DNA of 64,000 bases from the human T2T-CHM13v2.0 reference genome, Homo sapiens: NCBI RefSeq assembly GCF_009914755.1, contig NC_060931.1; one strand, written 5' to 3'. Within the stretch, counting starts at the first letter, position 1. Each line of letters starts with the position of its first letter. The translations under genes and the position numbers were made by a program. The notes under the pieces are model-generated. The model saw nothing but the letters and a program-made list of their open reading frames with translations, was not told where the DNA came from and did no database searches. This document shows positions 26,377 through 42,589 of this stretch, in pieces.

Positions 26377-27268
26377 CAATTTTTGTTTTTAATCTCATAC
26401 ATAATATCTAGCCTTTCCTATTAAATATGACATTGGTTGTTGGTTTCAGGGAGGTACCATAATAAACTTTTAAGAAAGACTCCTTCTGTTGCAAGTTTAC
26501 CGAGAGTTCTTTGCTCTGTTTTAAAAATTAGGAACTTATCTGAACCAAGTTCAGATGCTTTTTTTGTCTTCGTGTTAGTTTTTCTGCTTTTCACAAATGT
26601 AATGAATTATATTTCTCATTCAGTTTGTGTGTAAGTTTCTTTTAGGATTTCTAAATCTCTCGTAAGTACGTTTGTATAGTTTGTGTGTGTGTGCTATGTG
26701 CTATTTTAGGTTTTGGTAGCAGGACTAAGCTGTTTTTTATAAAATAAAGTTGTAATTTCAAATTATATTGTTTTTCCTCAAATTCTTGCTTTTAGGTACT
26801 CTGGAGCTGTATAAACAGAATTAAATTACATGTTTATTGAGGCATTTAGAAGTCGCCTAACATCTTTCTTGGCCTGTACTCTTTTTTTTTTTTTTTTTAA
26901 TTAAAAGCAGTTCTTTTACCAACTTTTAATTTTTTGATAAACTATATTGACTTTATTCAGCTTCTAAGAGACAATTTGACGTCTAAAACATTAATCACAC
27001 CTAGAAACTATACAATATGGAGAACAGCAGGGTGATTTTTTTTTTTTTTAAAATCATAACTGTTTTTTTGCGGGGAGAAGAAAATAGATTAGATGTTTTC
27101 CTTGGGATTTATTTATTAATATTATTAAGTCCAGAGAGAAAGATGAATGTTATTAAAGTAACAAAGTAACACTTCTTTTCAAGGATTAATTCTTCCTCTA
27201 CCAGCCTTTTATTGTTAAAAATTGTGAATTTATGGAAAGGTTGTAGGAATAAGTTTCTAATGTATTAA

Positions 27269-27505
<237 letters not shown>

Positions 27506-27516
27506 TGAGTTTTACC

Positions 27517-27721
27517 ATGGACATGTACATGGAGAGAATAGACTGGAAACCGTAGCGGCGGGGAATGTCGGGGGTGGTGAGCGTTGAAAGTTACCTATTA
27601 GGTACAGTGTCCAACGTTTGGGTGATGGGTACCCCAGAAGCCTAACCCCTACTATTACACTTGTAATACCCATGTCACCAACAAACACATATACCCCCGA
27701 ATCTAAAATTTTTAAAATAAA
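27517..27721 (+). mobile_element. L1 (L1PB/L1P-like) 3'-terminal fragment, sense, just downstream of exon 6
   Basis: ttacctattaggtacagtgtcc...tttgggtgatgggtaccccagaagcc...catgtcaccaacaaacacatatacccccgaatctaaaat. Confidence 0.7.
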
Positions 27722-27810
27722 GATACGGTGTTACATGATGTTGCACCTTGATTATGTTAAAAAAGATTTAAAATTTAGTTTACTTTATACAAACTATGTA
27801 AAAATAATCA

Positions 27811-28483
<673 letters not shown>

Positions 28484-29269
28484 ATCTAATAATAGTCTGT
28501 AATGCATATAAAATAATACTTAGTTGACTTTTCTGTTTGCTATTATTCCAAGTAATGTGAATGGATCATCTGATAAGCAATGTAACTTCAGCTTTAGGTT
28601 AAGAATAGATTTTAGAAAATTTTAAAAAAGCAGTCACAGTTGTAAAGTGAACTTCTTGGAAGTGTGTACACACACATACACATTCACATATTTAAAACTT
28701 ATGTAAATAAGCTTAGATTTGTAACATCTTATATTTGAACCCTGATAATTCTCTTGTAATTGGTACTGTTTGTTAATTTAAATAAGGCATGGCTGGTTCT
28801 CATTTTAATTAATAGACAGTGTTCTATGCACCTAGCCCCTCTAAAACTGGAGAATTAAACAAATTAAAAGTGATGTCACTTCGTTCTTGAGCACTGTTAC
28901 CTTGAACAAGAAATTTGTCTTACTGCTAAGTAATAAAAAGGATCTCATTTTATTTTCATTGAAGTATGCTTTTCTAAATAGGAACTGAATAGTAATAAAA
29001 TACTATTCTAATATTATAATACAGTAATTATAATAATCATATTACTATAATAATTTTAAGACTATCCAAGGATAGTTTACTTTCTTGTTTTGTGAATTTA
29101 TCCACTACTTGCCTTTCCCTGTATTACCTTGATGATATTGCAGTGTGAGCAGAGTTAAAGTTTACATAGGTTTTTTTTTTTTAATCAGTTCTAGGCATAG
29201 AATATAAATGTGTATTGTCAATTAAGAGTAAATTAATACCTTTTGTTCATTTTGTCTTATTTCCACCAG

Positions 29270-29326
29270 AGGGCAGATAAAACTTGCAGACTTTGGACTT
29301 GCTCGATTGTATAGCTCAGAAGAAAG
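29270..29326 (+). CDS. CDK13: CDK13 coding exon 7 (57 nt): (R)[18 protein letters not shown](S), DFG motif
   Basis: ttatttccaccag|A acceptor, GAAAG|gtaagc donor; in frame with the previous exon (AG+A=Arg). Confidence 0.97.
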
Positions 29327-30366
29327 GTAAGCATACCTTCAAATGAATATTGTAGATACTAGAGTTTAGTATTAGAAGCTATACTAAGAATACCTTATTG
29401 ATAGTTTTATTTTTTAAAAGAGAAGTTTACTTTTCATGGTTAGTACATAAAACATTGAAATTTTATACCATATTGGGTTGATTATTGTAATTACAATATT
29501 TTATACATTATCTCAATTTAAAAATTGATCTTCAACAGGTAAAAATGATTTTTTTAAATGAACATCTTTAAGTGTAACTGAAGTGAACTTAAATTTCTAA
29601 TACGTATTCAGATATTAAATATTCTTAATGAAAACCTTTTAAATTGCATTTTTAAACTTATAAACTTTGGTTTCATTATTATTTTAGACAGATTTTATTG
29701 TTATATCTACAGTTCTTTGTTTTTTTAACTCCCTAGAACCCTTTATTTAAACCAACTGTTGGGAGGATGTTCACTGTATAAGACACAAAAATGTAGAACT
29801 TTTCTGGCTAAAGTTGGATTATATACCCAACTTGGCTTTCTTTGTGCCTGGTGGTAGTGAAATATGATTTGTCTTATTAAAACTAATATGGGATTTCAAA
29901 ATAAAATATTTTTGTGCAATAGTAGGTTTTATGTAAATAAAATACGGAATTAATTTGGCTTAATAAATCTTTAGTCCATTTACCCCATTCCTTTTTTGTC
30001 TTTATTTCCATATGTGTATATATATATCTGAAATAATATAGTTAAAGAATTTTAAAATTATTTTATGACAATTTTGTCATTTCTTTAATATCACCATAAT
30101 TTAATATAATGAAACATCAGTTGATTGCAGTCTTAGGAATAGATGTTTACTTTCATTTAATCTTTGCTTTTTTTGGTTAAAGCAATAAACAAAAACTCTC
30201 GTTTGAATTTTTCAGAGTAAAAAGTCTTATTTTGTTAAATCTTGCAGCGCCTGTGACATAATTCTGGAAAGTATTTTCCTTATATAGTGTTCTAGAGTAG
30301 AGGTTTATAAGTGATATGTTTTGGATCTATTCAAGTTCCATGAAACCCCTCAGAAAGTGTGCAGTG

Positions 30367-30834
<468 letters not shown>

Positions 30835-30964
30835 TTAGGAAAGGGTTGTATGAGTGTTTTTTTTTTTTTGAAGTTTAAAACTGTTTTAAAGCTCAAAAGC
30901 TATGTCCCTCATTTTGCATTTGAGCGAATTGAGACCCAGAAAGGGCTGAGTTAGTTTCCTTTTT

Positions 30965-31640
<676 letters not shown>

Positions 31641-31845
31641 AGGGTTGAGTGACTTTAAAGATCAAAAAATGTTAGCAGAGCCAAGGGTGTATAGTTAAGT
31701 TTTCAATTCGCAATTTTTTATTCTTTCTGTCATATATAATAGTGCCTCTTGGTAGAAGTTGAAAGGAAAAATTGGTCTGAACTGTACTTAATCCAAAACT
31801 TAACTTGAAGTATATTTTTTTCTTCTGCTGTTTAAGAAGCATATG

Positions 31846-32196
<351 letters not shown>

Positions 32197-33621
32197 TAAT
32201 TAAGAATTCTATCTGCTAAGCTGGTTGAGATTTCACTGTAGTTAGATTTTGCTTAATATAAGTTTGTGTCTGTTGTTAATTATGTAAATCCTTTCCTATG
32301 GAATGGAAAACAGCTAATTACCATTTTAATCTAATAGATTCTTGTTATGCAGATATTTGTGCACATTTGGAATAGATATGTTTCAGAAAAGCTGATTATA
32401 AAGCCAAATTTTATATTATGAGGCTTAATTTTCCCATTGATTTTCATTTTAAAATATAATTTGGGTTCCATTGGAGTGCCGGGGTGTGGTGTGTTCACTG
32501 GGCCATGGTCCCTGTTGCCCTGCTGGATTGATGTAGAAATTTTGAGTTTAGAGAACCAGAGTTTTAAAGTCCCATAACTTTGCATCTTCAGGTAATGTAT
32601 ACTGAATTTTTCTGCTCAGTTAAATGTATAAGAGGAAAATTCAGTCTGTCATTTTGTTTTAAGAGCAAATATCCTATCATTATGGGGTTTATATACTCCT
32701 TTAAAACTTCTCTTTTTTTTTTTTAAGAGAATAATTCTGATTTCTTCAGAATCTCCTGGAGAGGTAGTATTAATATAATGGAATACCTTTAAAATACATA
32801 TGTTGCTCTAGTGAACCTTAATAACTGTGATTTTAAAAGAAATCTACCTTTAACAGATTTATTGTATTGTCTCAAATTTTCTAGATATTTTTTGAGATAA
32901 ATATGTAACAAATGATTTTTCATTCATATTTCTGCTTCATTATAAACAGAGAGCCAGGTAGGGCCTTACTGTAATACTCATGCAAGTATAAAGTCACTTT
33001 GAAGTGTTTTTATTTTCTAAGTAGTTAATATAGATCGAATAACTGAATTGTTCAAGAATTTTGTGTAAGGTTTTTTGTTTGTAAATAGAGCAGTTTTCAG
33101 CTTACAACTGTAATAGCATCAACCACAGCTCTCATTAGATTTTGGATGTTCCTTTTTTGAATTTGAGGAAAGCTGGGTGGAGTTACAGCTAGTACTTGGG
33201 GGTCTGTGACCAATGTGGATCTGCTCTTCATGTGCCTATTGAAGAAAGAAAGAGAACCACTGGATTAAAATTAGAGGGGAAAATGATTTCTTAAATTTCA
33301 GTCATTTTCTCATTTTGAACATTGGGATTTATACTTTGTCCCATTCTGCATTGGGAATTTTAAAACTTGAGAATAGAGATTTTTGCCCCATTTCTTCATT
33401 AACTGTTCATCTTTTAGTATATGGTTTTTTAAGTATAGTTTTTCTGACAGCTACAATGTTTCCCTCTTCTTAGTTTTTATTTTACCAAGTCATTGCTCCA
33501 GTGGTTTTCAAAAGGATGGAGTATCTTTCTCTCTTTATGTGACCGTCCTGTATGAAAAAAAGTTTTCCATATTAATTGAAACTAGCCTCATTTTCTAGAG
33601 AAGAAACTATAATGTGACACT

Positions 33622-33925
33622 TTATTTGTTTATTTATATTTATGAGACGGAGTCTCACTCTGTCACTCAAGCTGCAGTGCACTGGTGTGATCTCGGCTCA
33701 CTGCAACCTCCGCCTCCTAGGTTTAAGCGATTCTCCTGCCTCAGCCTCCTGAGTAGATGGGATTACAGGCACCTGCCACCACGCCCAGCTAATTTTTGTG
33801 TTTTTAGTAGAGACGGGGTTTCACCATGTTGGCCAGGCTGGCCTCGAACTCCTGACCTCAAGTGATCTACCCACCTCTGCCTCCCAAAGTGCTAGGATTA
33901 CAGGTGTGAGCCACTGTGCCCAGCC
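33622..33925 (-). mobile_element. AluS
   Basis: Alu dimer. Confidence 0.92.
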
Positions 33926-34111
33926 CTGAAAAACGTATCTTTAATAATATTACTATGATCAAAATGAAAGTTTTTTAAACAATAACCAGAAAGCATACTA
34001 CATTTCCATATGATGATCCAGTAAGGAGAGAGAAGGGAAAAATGAAAAGGGCCTTAGAGCATTAGCTCACTAATACCACCCTCCCAAAACGCACACACCT
34101 TTTTGAAGGCA

Positions 34112-34133
34112 GTATCGCCATCTAGTGGCTTTT
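34112..34133 (-). promoter_or_regulatory. CTCF binding motif
   Basis: Minus strand reads AAAAGCCACTAGATGGCGATAC, a close match to the CTCF core CCACYAGRKGGCG; lies in non-repeat sequence. Confidence 0.7.
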
Positions 34134-35884
34134 CAGAACATTGTTATTGAAAGCAAAACTAAATTTTCCTAAAGTTGAAGGTATTAATGAGAGAGGAAGA
34201 TAGTATTACCATATTTTATTCTTTTGTGTTTTATGTTCCCTAAAACATTGACTGCATTCATGATAAGTGCTTGGTTGATGCTGATCTGGGAGAAGGTGAT
34301 CTTCATCTGGAGGATCCTCCTGATGCAGATGAGTGCAGGGAGCTTTGGGGATTCTAGGTAATGAAAAGGATCTTCTGAGAATCACTAGACAAGATTGGAA
34401 CCATGGTAATAAAAAAATTACTAATAACAGATGAATGACAATAAATAATATGATTAAACAAGCTTCAGGAAAGGAGATCTCATTTAGATCATTGACTTTT
34501 AACTGTAAGATCAAGATTAAATTGTTCTCCCTTCAACTCTAATGGAGTAGTCTTCATTTTTGAGCATATAAAGTGGAAAGAATTCCCCCCTCCTTCTGTT
34601 GGGGGTATATCATCCGAGACATTACTGCTGAATACTTACAAAACTGAATTCCAATCCTTGATCTTTCTTCTGGTCTCCAGACCTTTTGTTTATTGGAAAT
34701 CTCTACCCAGGTGATTTGGGTACCCTAAATTAAACCTTGTTACAAAACCTATCTATTTCATTCCCCAGAAAAATGTCTACTCCTTTTCCTTTATTTCCCG
34801 TTTTAGTTAAAGGTTTCCAGTCACCTCATATAGGCCATTGTAAATAGAATTGTATTGGTTTTTCTGTCCTCTGGTCTTTCTCCCTTATGGTCTTCTCTTC
34901 TGCCATTCCAGCCCCCCTGATAATAGCAATGTTGAACTATTTGTAGTTCCCTAAACTTGCTGTGCTCTTGAATGCCTTTGTGAATCTACATAAGCTGTTT
35001 CTTTTGTATGTAATTATACTTCTCACCTGAGTTTGACAAATTTTTTTTTTCTTTCAGTGTGCAATTCAGGCCCTACCGCCTTTGAAATCTGTCCTGAATC
35101 CCACAGGCATCATTGGGCACATCTTCTTTTATGTGTTTAGAGTATATTATTCATTCTATGTATTATTTATAGTACATGATTATAATTTATATTACCACCA
35201 TTTTTCTTTTTTTTTTTTAAGAAAAAGAAGGGAAAAGGAAAGAACAAACTTAACTAACGTTTGTGTACATCACTTTATTATACATAGTTTCCTTTCACAA
35301 GAATTATTTTAAAAGAAAGTTGAGATGGATGATGTAGGTATCATTCTTATGTACATTTTAAAGTTACAGAAGTTTAGAAAATTTAAGTGCATTTGCAAGA
35401 TCACACAACCAATAAGTAGTAGAGCTCAGGATCTTTTGACAGAAAGATTATTTTCATTATATGGGAGTGCTTCTCTGGTAAGACTCTGAATTCAGCCTTG
35501 ATTACCTAGAAGTATCTTCCAGGTAGAGAACTCTAGGGGCCTCTCAAGTCTGCTTTAGAGGTACCATTAGGCTGATGGCAATTTTTAGAGTTCTTTTTTA
35601 GTAAAGGGTCTGCTGAATTTTGCTTTTTGTCTTTGCATCCTCCAAATATATTTTTGACAAATGAGTTATGCTGTAGGTTTAATCTTCCAGCAGATTAGGA
35701 AGTTATGTGATATTTCTACTTTTGAATCTCCCTTTGTCATATTGGATTTAATTATATTTTAAGCAGTTTGAAAGCTCTTGAAATATCTAATGAGAAATCT
35801 ATAAACAAAAAATATTTTGATAGCAACAAATATTTAAAATTACCTGTAATTTTTCCCATGAAAGTTATATTAAAGTCTGATGAC

Positions 35885-36192
<308 letters not shown>

Positions 36193-36346
36193 TAATACTT
36201 GGTTAATCACTTAAGGTTTAAGGAAAAACAAAAGAATTGTTTGATTTTGTTTTCTAATGTGTTACTTTCCTGGCAGACAAAGAAATAGTGTCTGCCTTCT
36301 TTTAAAAAATATTAATGAGATTTACAAATGAAAGTATTTAGCAGAA

Positions 36347-36470
36347 GGACTGGCCTTGGTGTCTCTTGCCTGTAATCCTAGCACTTTGGAAGGCCAAGAT
36401 GTGGAGATTACTTGAGCCTAGAAGTTCGAGTCCAGCCTGGGCAACATAGTGAGATCTCTATTTTAAAAAA
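36347..36470 (+). mobile_element. Alu monomer (FLAM-like)
   Basis: Single left-arm unit. Confidence 0.8.
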
Positions 36471-36603
36471 AGTAGAAATTGAAATGCACAATAGTTAACG
36501 TTGAGACCATTATTTTTGGGTCTTTACAAAGTTTAGTTTCTTGCCATCCAATAACAACTTATTGAAGTTACTAAATTTTGTTTTCCAATTTAATGGCAGA
36601 AGG

Positions 36604-36605
<2 letters not shown>

Positions 36606-36645
<40 letters not shown>
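36606..36645 (+). repeat. (TG)20 microsatellite
   Basis: Direct read. Confidence 0.97.
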
Positions 36646-36650
<5 letters not shown>

Positions 36651-36964
36651 CTGGGTTATTGAGTTTATTGCTTGGAATTGATCTAATTATGTAAAGTGGA
36701 GTGGTTCATTTCATTTTTAGATTTTTCTTTTTTGTATGTACACATTTATTTGATAACATCTAAGAAGTCGACTATATGTTTTTCAGTCCTGTTTCTTTTT
36801 CATTGTGAGTTAATTTGCTTTTTGTGCAAATACTGGGTATAGACACACCACAAGAATGTAATTTGTTTTTTAATCCATGAAAGAAAAAAGCATCGTATAT
36901 GTAGTGTCACATCAGTTTGCTTCTTCTTTGTGTGATCTAAACAAGATCATCTCTACGATGTTGA

Positions 36965-37328
<364 letters not shown>

Positions 37329-38309
37329 ATGGATTTTCTTTTATTTGTCTGTCTTTGGATAATGTATTTTCATATTACAACGTGCTTTAATTTTCCTGGG
37401 CTTTAAATTTCCTGGAACCAAAACATAGTTTCAGTCTCTTTTACTTTTGTCTTTACATTTGTAAACGGTTAACGGGATTTAATATTAGCATCCTAATCGT
37501 AACGTGGATTTTTGTTTGATAGTATACTATATTACTGAATTGGGTGATACCTGAAATTGTCCTTATTCTCTTCTGACTCCACCTACGTTGGAACTTGCTT
37601 TTATGATTAAATACTTCTGTCTGCACACTTTCTCAATATTTGCTTCTTTTTCATTAGAGAGGTAGAAAGTGAGGCATGGTACCTATTATGCAAAATTTTT
37701 GAGTAAATCAGGTGTTTTTCCTTGTCCTTAGTAACGGTCATTTTCATTTGTCTTTTGTCATTGTTACCTTTTAAAAGCTTTTTAAAAAATAGTTTATTAA
37801 AAATATTTAAAATACAATTAAAGTACCACTAACTTCTTTAAAGTTTTCTTGCCAGCTCTGTTCTCTCCCTGGCTTTATCCCCTTTCTCTGGAAAATGAAC
37901 ATTTGCTCACCCGCCTCAGGGAACTGAAGGTTTAGTGTGATTGGAACAAAAACCAAATGATAATGGATTTTATAGGCCTTGTGTAGGTATTCTCTAGATG
38001 GAAGCAATGTGTACTATAGCCATAACATATTCATGTTTCATTTCACGCTATCACTTTGACTGCACTTTGGAAAGTGGTTTGGCCTTATACGTCTGGAAGC
38101 AAGAACAATCACTTAAGAAAGCTGTTGCAGTAAATCTAAATAGGATGACTATAGCTAGAACCAAGGAATGGGCACAGGTAGTGGAAAGACAGATTAATTA
38201 TATCATAAGGATGTAGACTTGTTAGACCTTGATGGTTGAATGTGTTGTGAGATACATCCCTGCCTCCACCCCCTACTGTAAGGTTTCTGCTTAAGCAACT
38301 GGATGAATG

Positions 38310-39070
<761 letters not shown>

Positions 39071-39379
39071 AATGGTGAGGCTGTTTGCTGAGACAGTAAA
39101 GAAGAACAGAGATGCATTTTTTAGCAAAAGGTAATAATGTAGGTACTTATAGGACTTCTAAATTTGCTTGTGTAATAAGAATGGGCAAGTAAGACAGCTG
39201 ATCTTAGATGACAGCATCAGTTGGGAAAAAATTGGTTTTGTTTCTCTATAGCACTGTGATGATAGAGGAATTTAAAAGTTATTTTTCTTGGAAGATATCA
39301 AAAGGAGAAAAACAGGAGTTCAAATAGGGGGAAAGAACATGAGAGAAAAGATTGTGTTTATTGTTATGTAGTTATGTTA

Positions 39380-40250
39380 TATGAAAGTATTAATAAGTTA
39401 GGCAATGCATATGTAGGGTGAGGAATTTAAAATAGCTGAGTGCTACAAAGCAAATAAAATAACGACTATAGTGTCAAAGTAGGGGTGGTAGTGGATAATT
39501 GGGTAATTTTCGTTAGGGGAGTTAAGATAGGCCTCTTTTAGGAAGTAAATTGGAGCTAAGACCAGAGTGATGAGAAAGGGAAAACTTAATGAAGACCTGG
39601 GCCAAGAACATTCCAAGTACAAAGGAGAAGGAACTCAGTACGGCCTGAGAACAGACTTGGGAGGTTTAAGGTCAAAGGTTGCCCAGTGTAATAGGAGGTA
39701 AGATCCTTGCTGTACAGTCTTATCAACTGAAGTAAAGTTTAAATTTTATTTGATTGCAGTGGGAAATCACTGGGCAGTTTTAAGCAAGCAGTTGATACCT
39801 GGTTTTATGCTTAATAAAAAAACTGAAAAGAAGTTAAGGGTAGCTGGGCATGGTGGTGCATGCCTGTAATCCAAGCTACTCCAGAGGCAGGAGAATTGCT
39901 TGAATCCAGGAGGCAGAGGTTGCAGTGAGCCAAGATTGCACCACTGAATTCCATTCAGGGCAACAGAGCGAGACTCTGTCTCAAAAAAAATAAATAAAAT
40001 AATAAAAACAAAAACGGGCAGGGCGGGCGGGGGGGTGCAATTAGAGATGGAAGCCAGGAAACCAGTTAAGATATTGTTGTGGTCATACCAGTGAAAAGAA
40101 TAATGGCTTGGACTAGGTATTTGGATTGGGGATCTATTTTGGATGTAGAATTGGCAGAAGTTGTTTGGAAATTTGAGGGAAAGATGAATCAAGAATGACA
40201 CTTGGATTTTTGACATTAAAAGCTGGGTAGGTGTTAGAAAATAGATCCCA
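39380..40250. mobile_element. L2 fragments with a partial Alu (39838-40015, +)
   Basis: gggaaatcactgggcagttttaagca...gaaagatgaatcaagaatgacacttggattttt. Confidence 0.55.
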
Positions 40251-40792
40251 GATTTCTTTTGTAGGTTTGATAGATTTTTCTGCAATGGATTGTGAATGTC
40301 TTAAAGATGACATGGCATTTTGTGTATATGATGAATTTAGTTTACTGAAGACTCTCTTTGTCTCAAAACAGTATGAATTATAGTATAAAAGAAGTACATG
40401 GGGGGGTTGCCTTCAAGCAGGAAGAAAGAAGTACAGACTTTATCATATGTTGTTGGAAAAATGAAACATTTTAGAGCTGGTTTAGGTATTTCATTTTATA
40501 TGATTTTTTTCACTTAGAATGGTCTTTAACAAAGGCAGCAACCCTGCTTTATAAATTTTAACTGAGATTATCTAGAACCCCCAAATACTTCAAGGATCTA
40601 GGATTTTGTTCTGTTTTTCTATATATATCTAGACCAGTAGGAGGTGGAAAACGTGCCAGCCAAGGGGCACACTCCTTATCACACTGCTTGGTTTGTTGTG
40701 GATACGGTGCAGCTTATCAGGCCTTAAGGTAGGGAAGGCCATAACCGTATCTCATCTTCCCTGCCCTCCATCTCTGGAATTCCTGGGATTGC

Positions 40793-41105
40793 TTTTTGTT
40801 TTTTGTTTTGTTTTGTTTTGTTTTTTGAGACAGAGTCTCGCTCTGTCACCCGGGCTGGAGTGCAGTGGCACGATGTCAGCTCACTGCAACCTCTGCCTCC
40901 AGGGTTTAAGCAATTCTCTGCCTCAGCCTCCCAATTAGCTGGGATTACAGATGCATGCCACCACGCCTGGCTAATTTTTGTATTTTCGGTAGAGATGGAG
41001 TTTTACCATCTTGGCCAGGCTGGTCTTGAATGCCTGACCTCGTGATCCACCCACCTCGGCCTCCCAAAGTGCTGGGATTACAGGCATGAGCCACTGCACC
41101 CAGCC
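40793..41105 (-). mobile_element. AluS, TSD ttc(c/t)tgggattg
   Basis: Alu dimer. Confidence 0.9.
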
Positions 41106-42235
41106 TTCTTGGGATTGTTCAGAGGCAAAGTATTGGAATCTATCAATGAACAGATAGTCTTTGATCTCTACTCCGTTGACACTTCCTTGAATGTAAAAAT
41201 AATTTTTAGAGTGTGGTACTTTTTGTTTTATAAAAAGTATGTATCAGTCTGAATGTTTGTTTGCTTCATAAATCAAAACATTTCCATATTTTTGAAATTA
41301 CATCAGTGTTTTAAAATTCAACTTCCTAGATTAAATTTTACAGTTGAATGTTTTGTCTCAGTATTTTGCCTAGTTCTTATTTCTTGTCTAACAGAAACTA
41401 AGCATTTGGAAAGGCCATTAATTAGTACACGTTAAATATTTTTCTGTACAGTTAGAAATATATTTCATGTGGTTTTGTGTTTATTTTTGAAAATTTACTA
41501 TTTTCACGTCTGAATTAATAAAACATTATAGCAATTAATAAAAAGTATATTCTAGTTTGCTAAGGTGACTGCTAAATATTGCATTAGATGATGCTACATA
41601 TTGCTTAGAATTTGATATACAATATATAAAATAATCTTTTACTTATTCCTTTTTAGTCACCTGAATTTGTTTAGTTTCTCTACGATTCAACATACTTTTA
41701 ATTTTTAAGATTTTTTAAAAAATACAAGACACTAAAAATATTTTTTAAAGTAAAATAAAAATTAACTATTTGTAGATAGATTTATATAAATTTAAACATT
41801 TCCTTGAGCCTAGTTATCCAGTTGCACTTTTATAACACCATTGTATAGGTTTGATATACTCATAGATCCTTGATGTGTTTGAGAAACTAGTTGTCATAAT
41901 TTTTACAAATTTTGTTCTTCCACCCAGTAAATCATGTGTCATCTAAAGTTAGAGGGCAATATACATTAAGGTGCCTGACCTGTGCCCAGCATTGTTTGGG
42001 CTTTGTGTGTGGGGTTCATAATAAAGAATGTTACGAGGTTTTTTAACTTTCTGGGAAAATACAAAATAGGGAGTTAAGACAGGTAAGTATGATGTAAATT
42101 TAAGAATGTGAAGATAAATATATTATTAATAGAGATTAGACTTTATGAATATGCATCTTTTACTGTGTTGTAAAGGAAGTATAGCACTTGAATGAGAAAA
42201 ATAGGGAAAGGATTTTATTAAAAGGGGATAAGGCA

Positions 42236-42589
<354 letters not shown>

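Noticed and set aside
28990-29060. AT-rich quasi-palindromic stretch before exon 7
   Set aside because: Low complexity with no extended perfect stem
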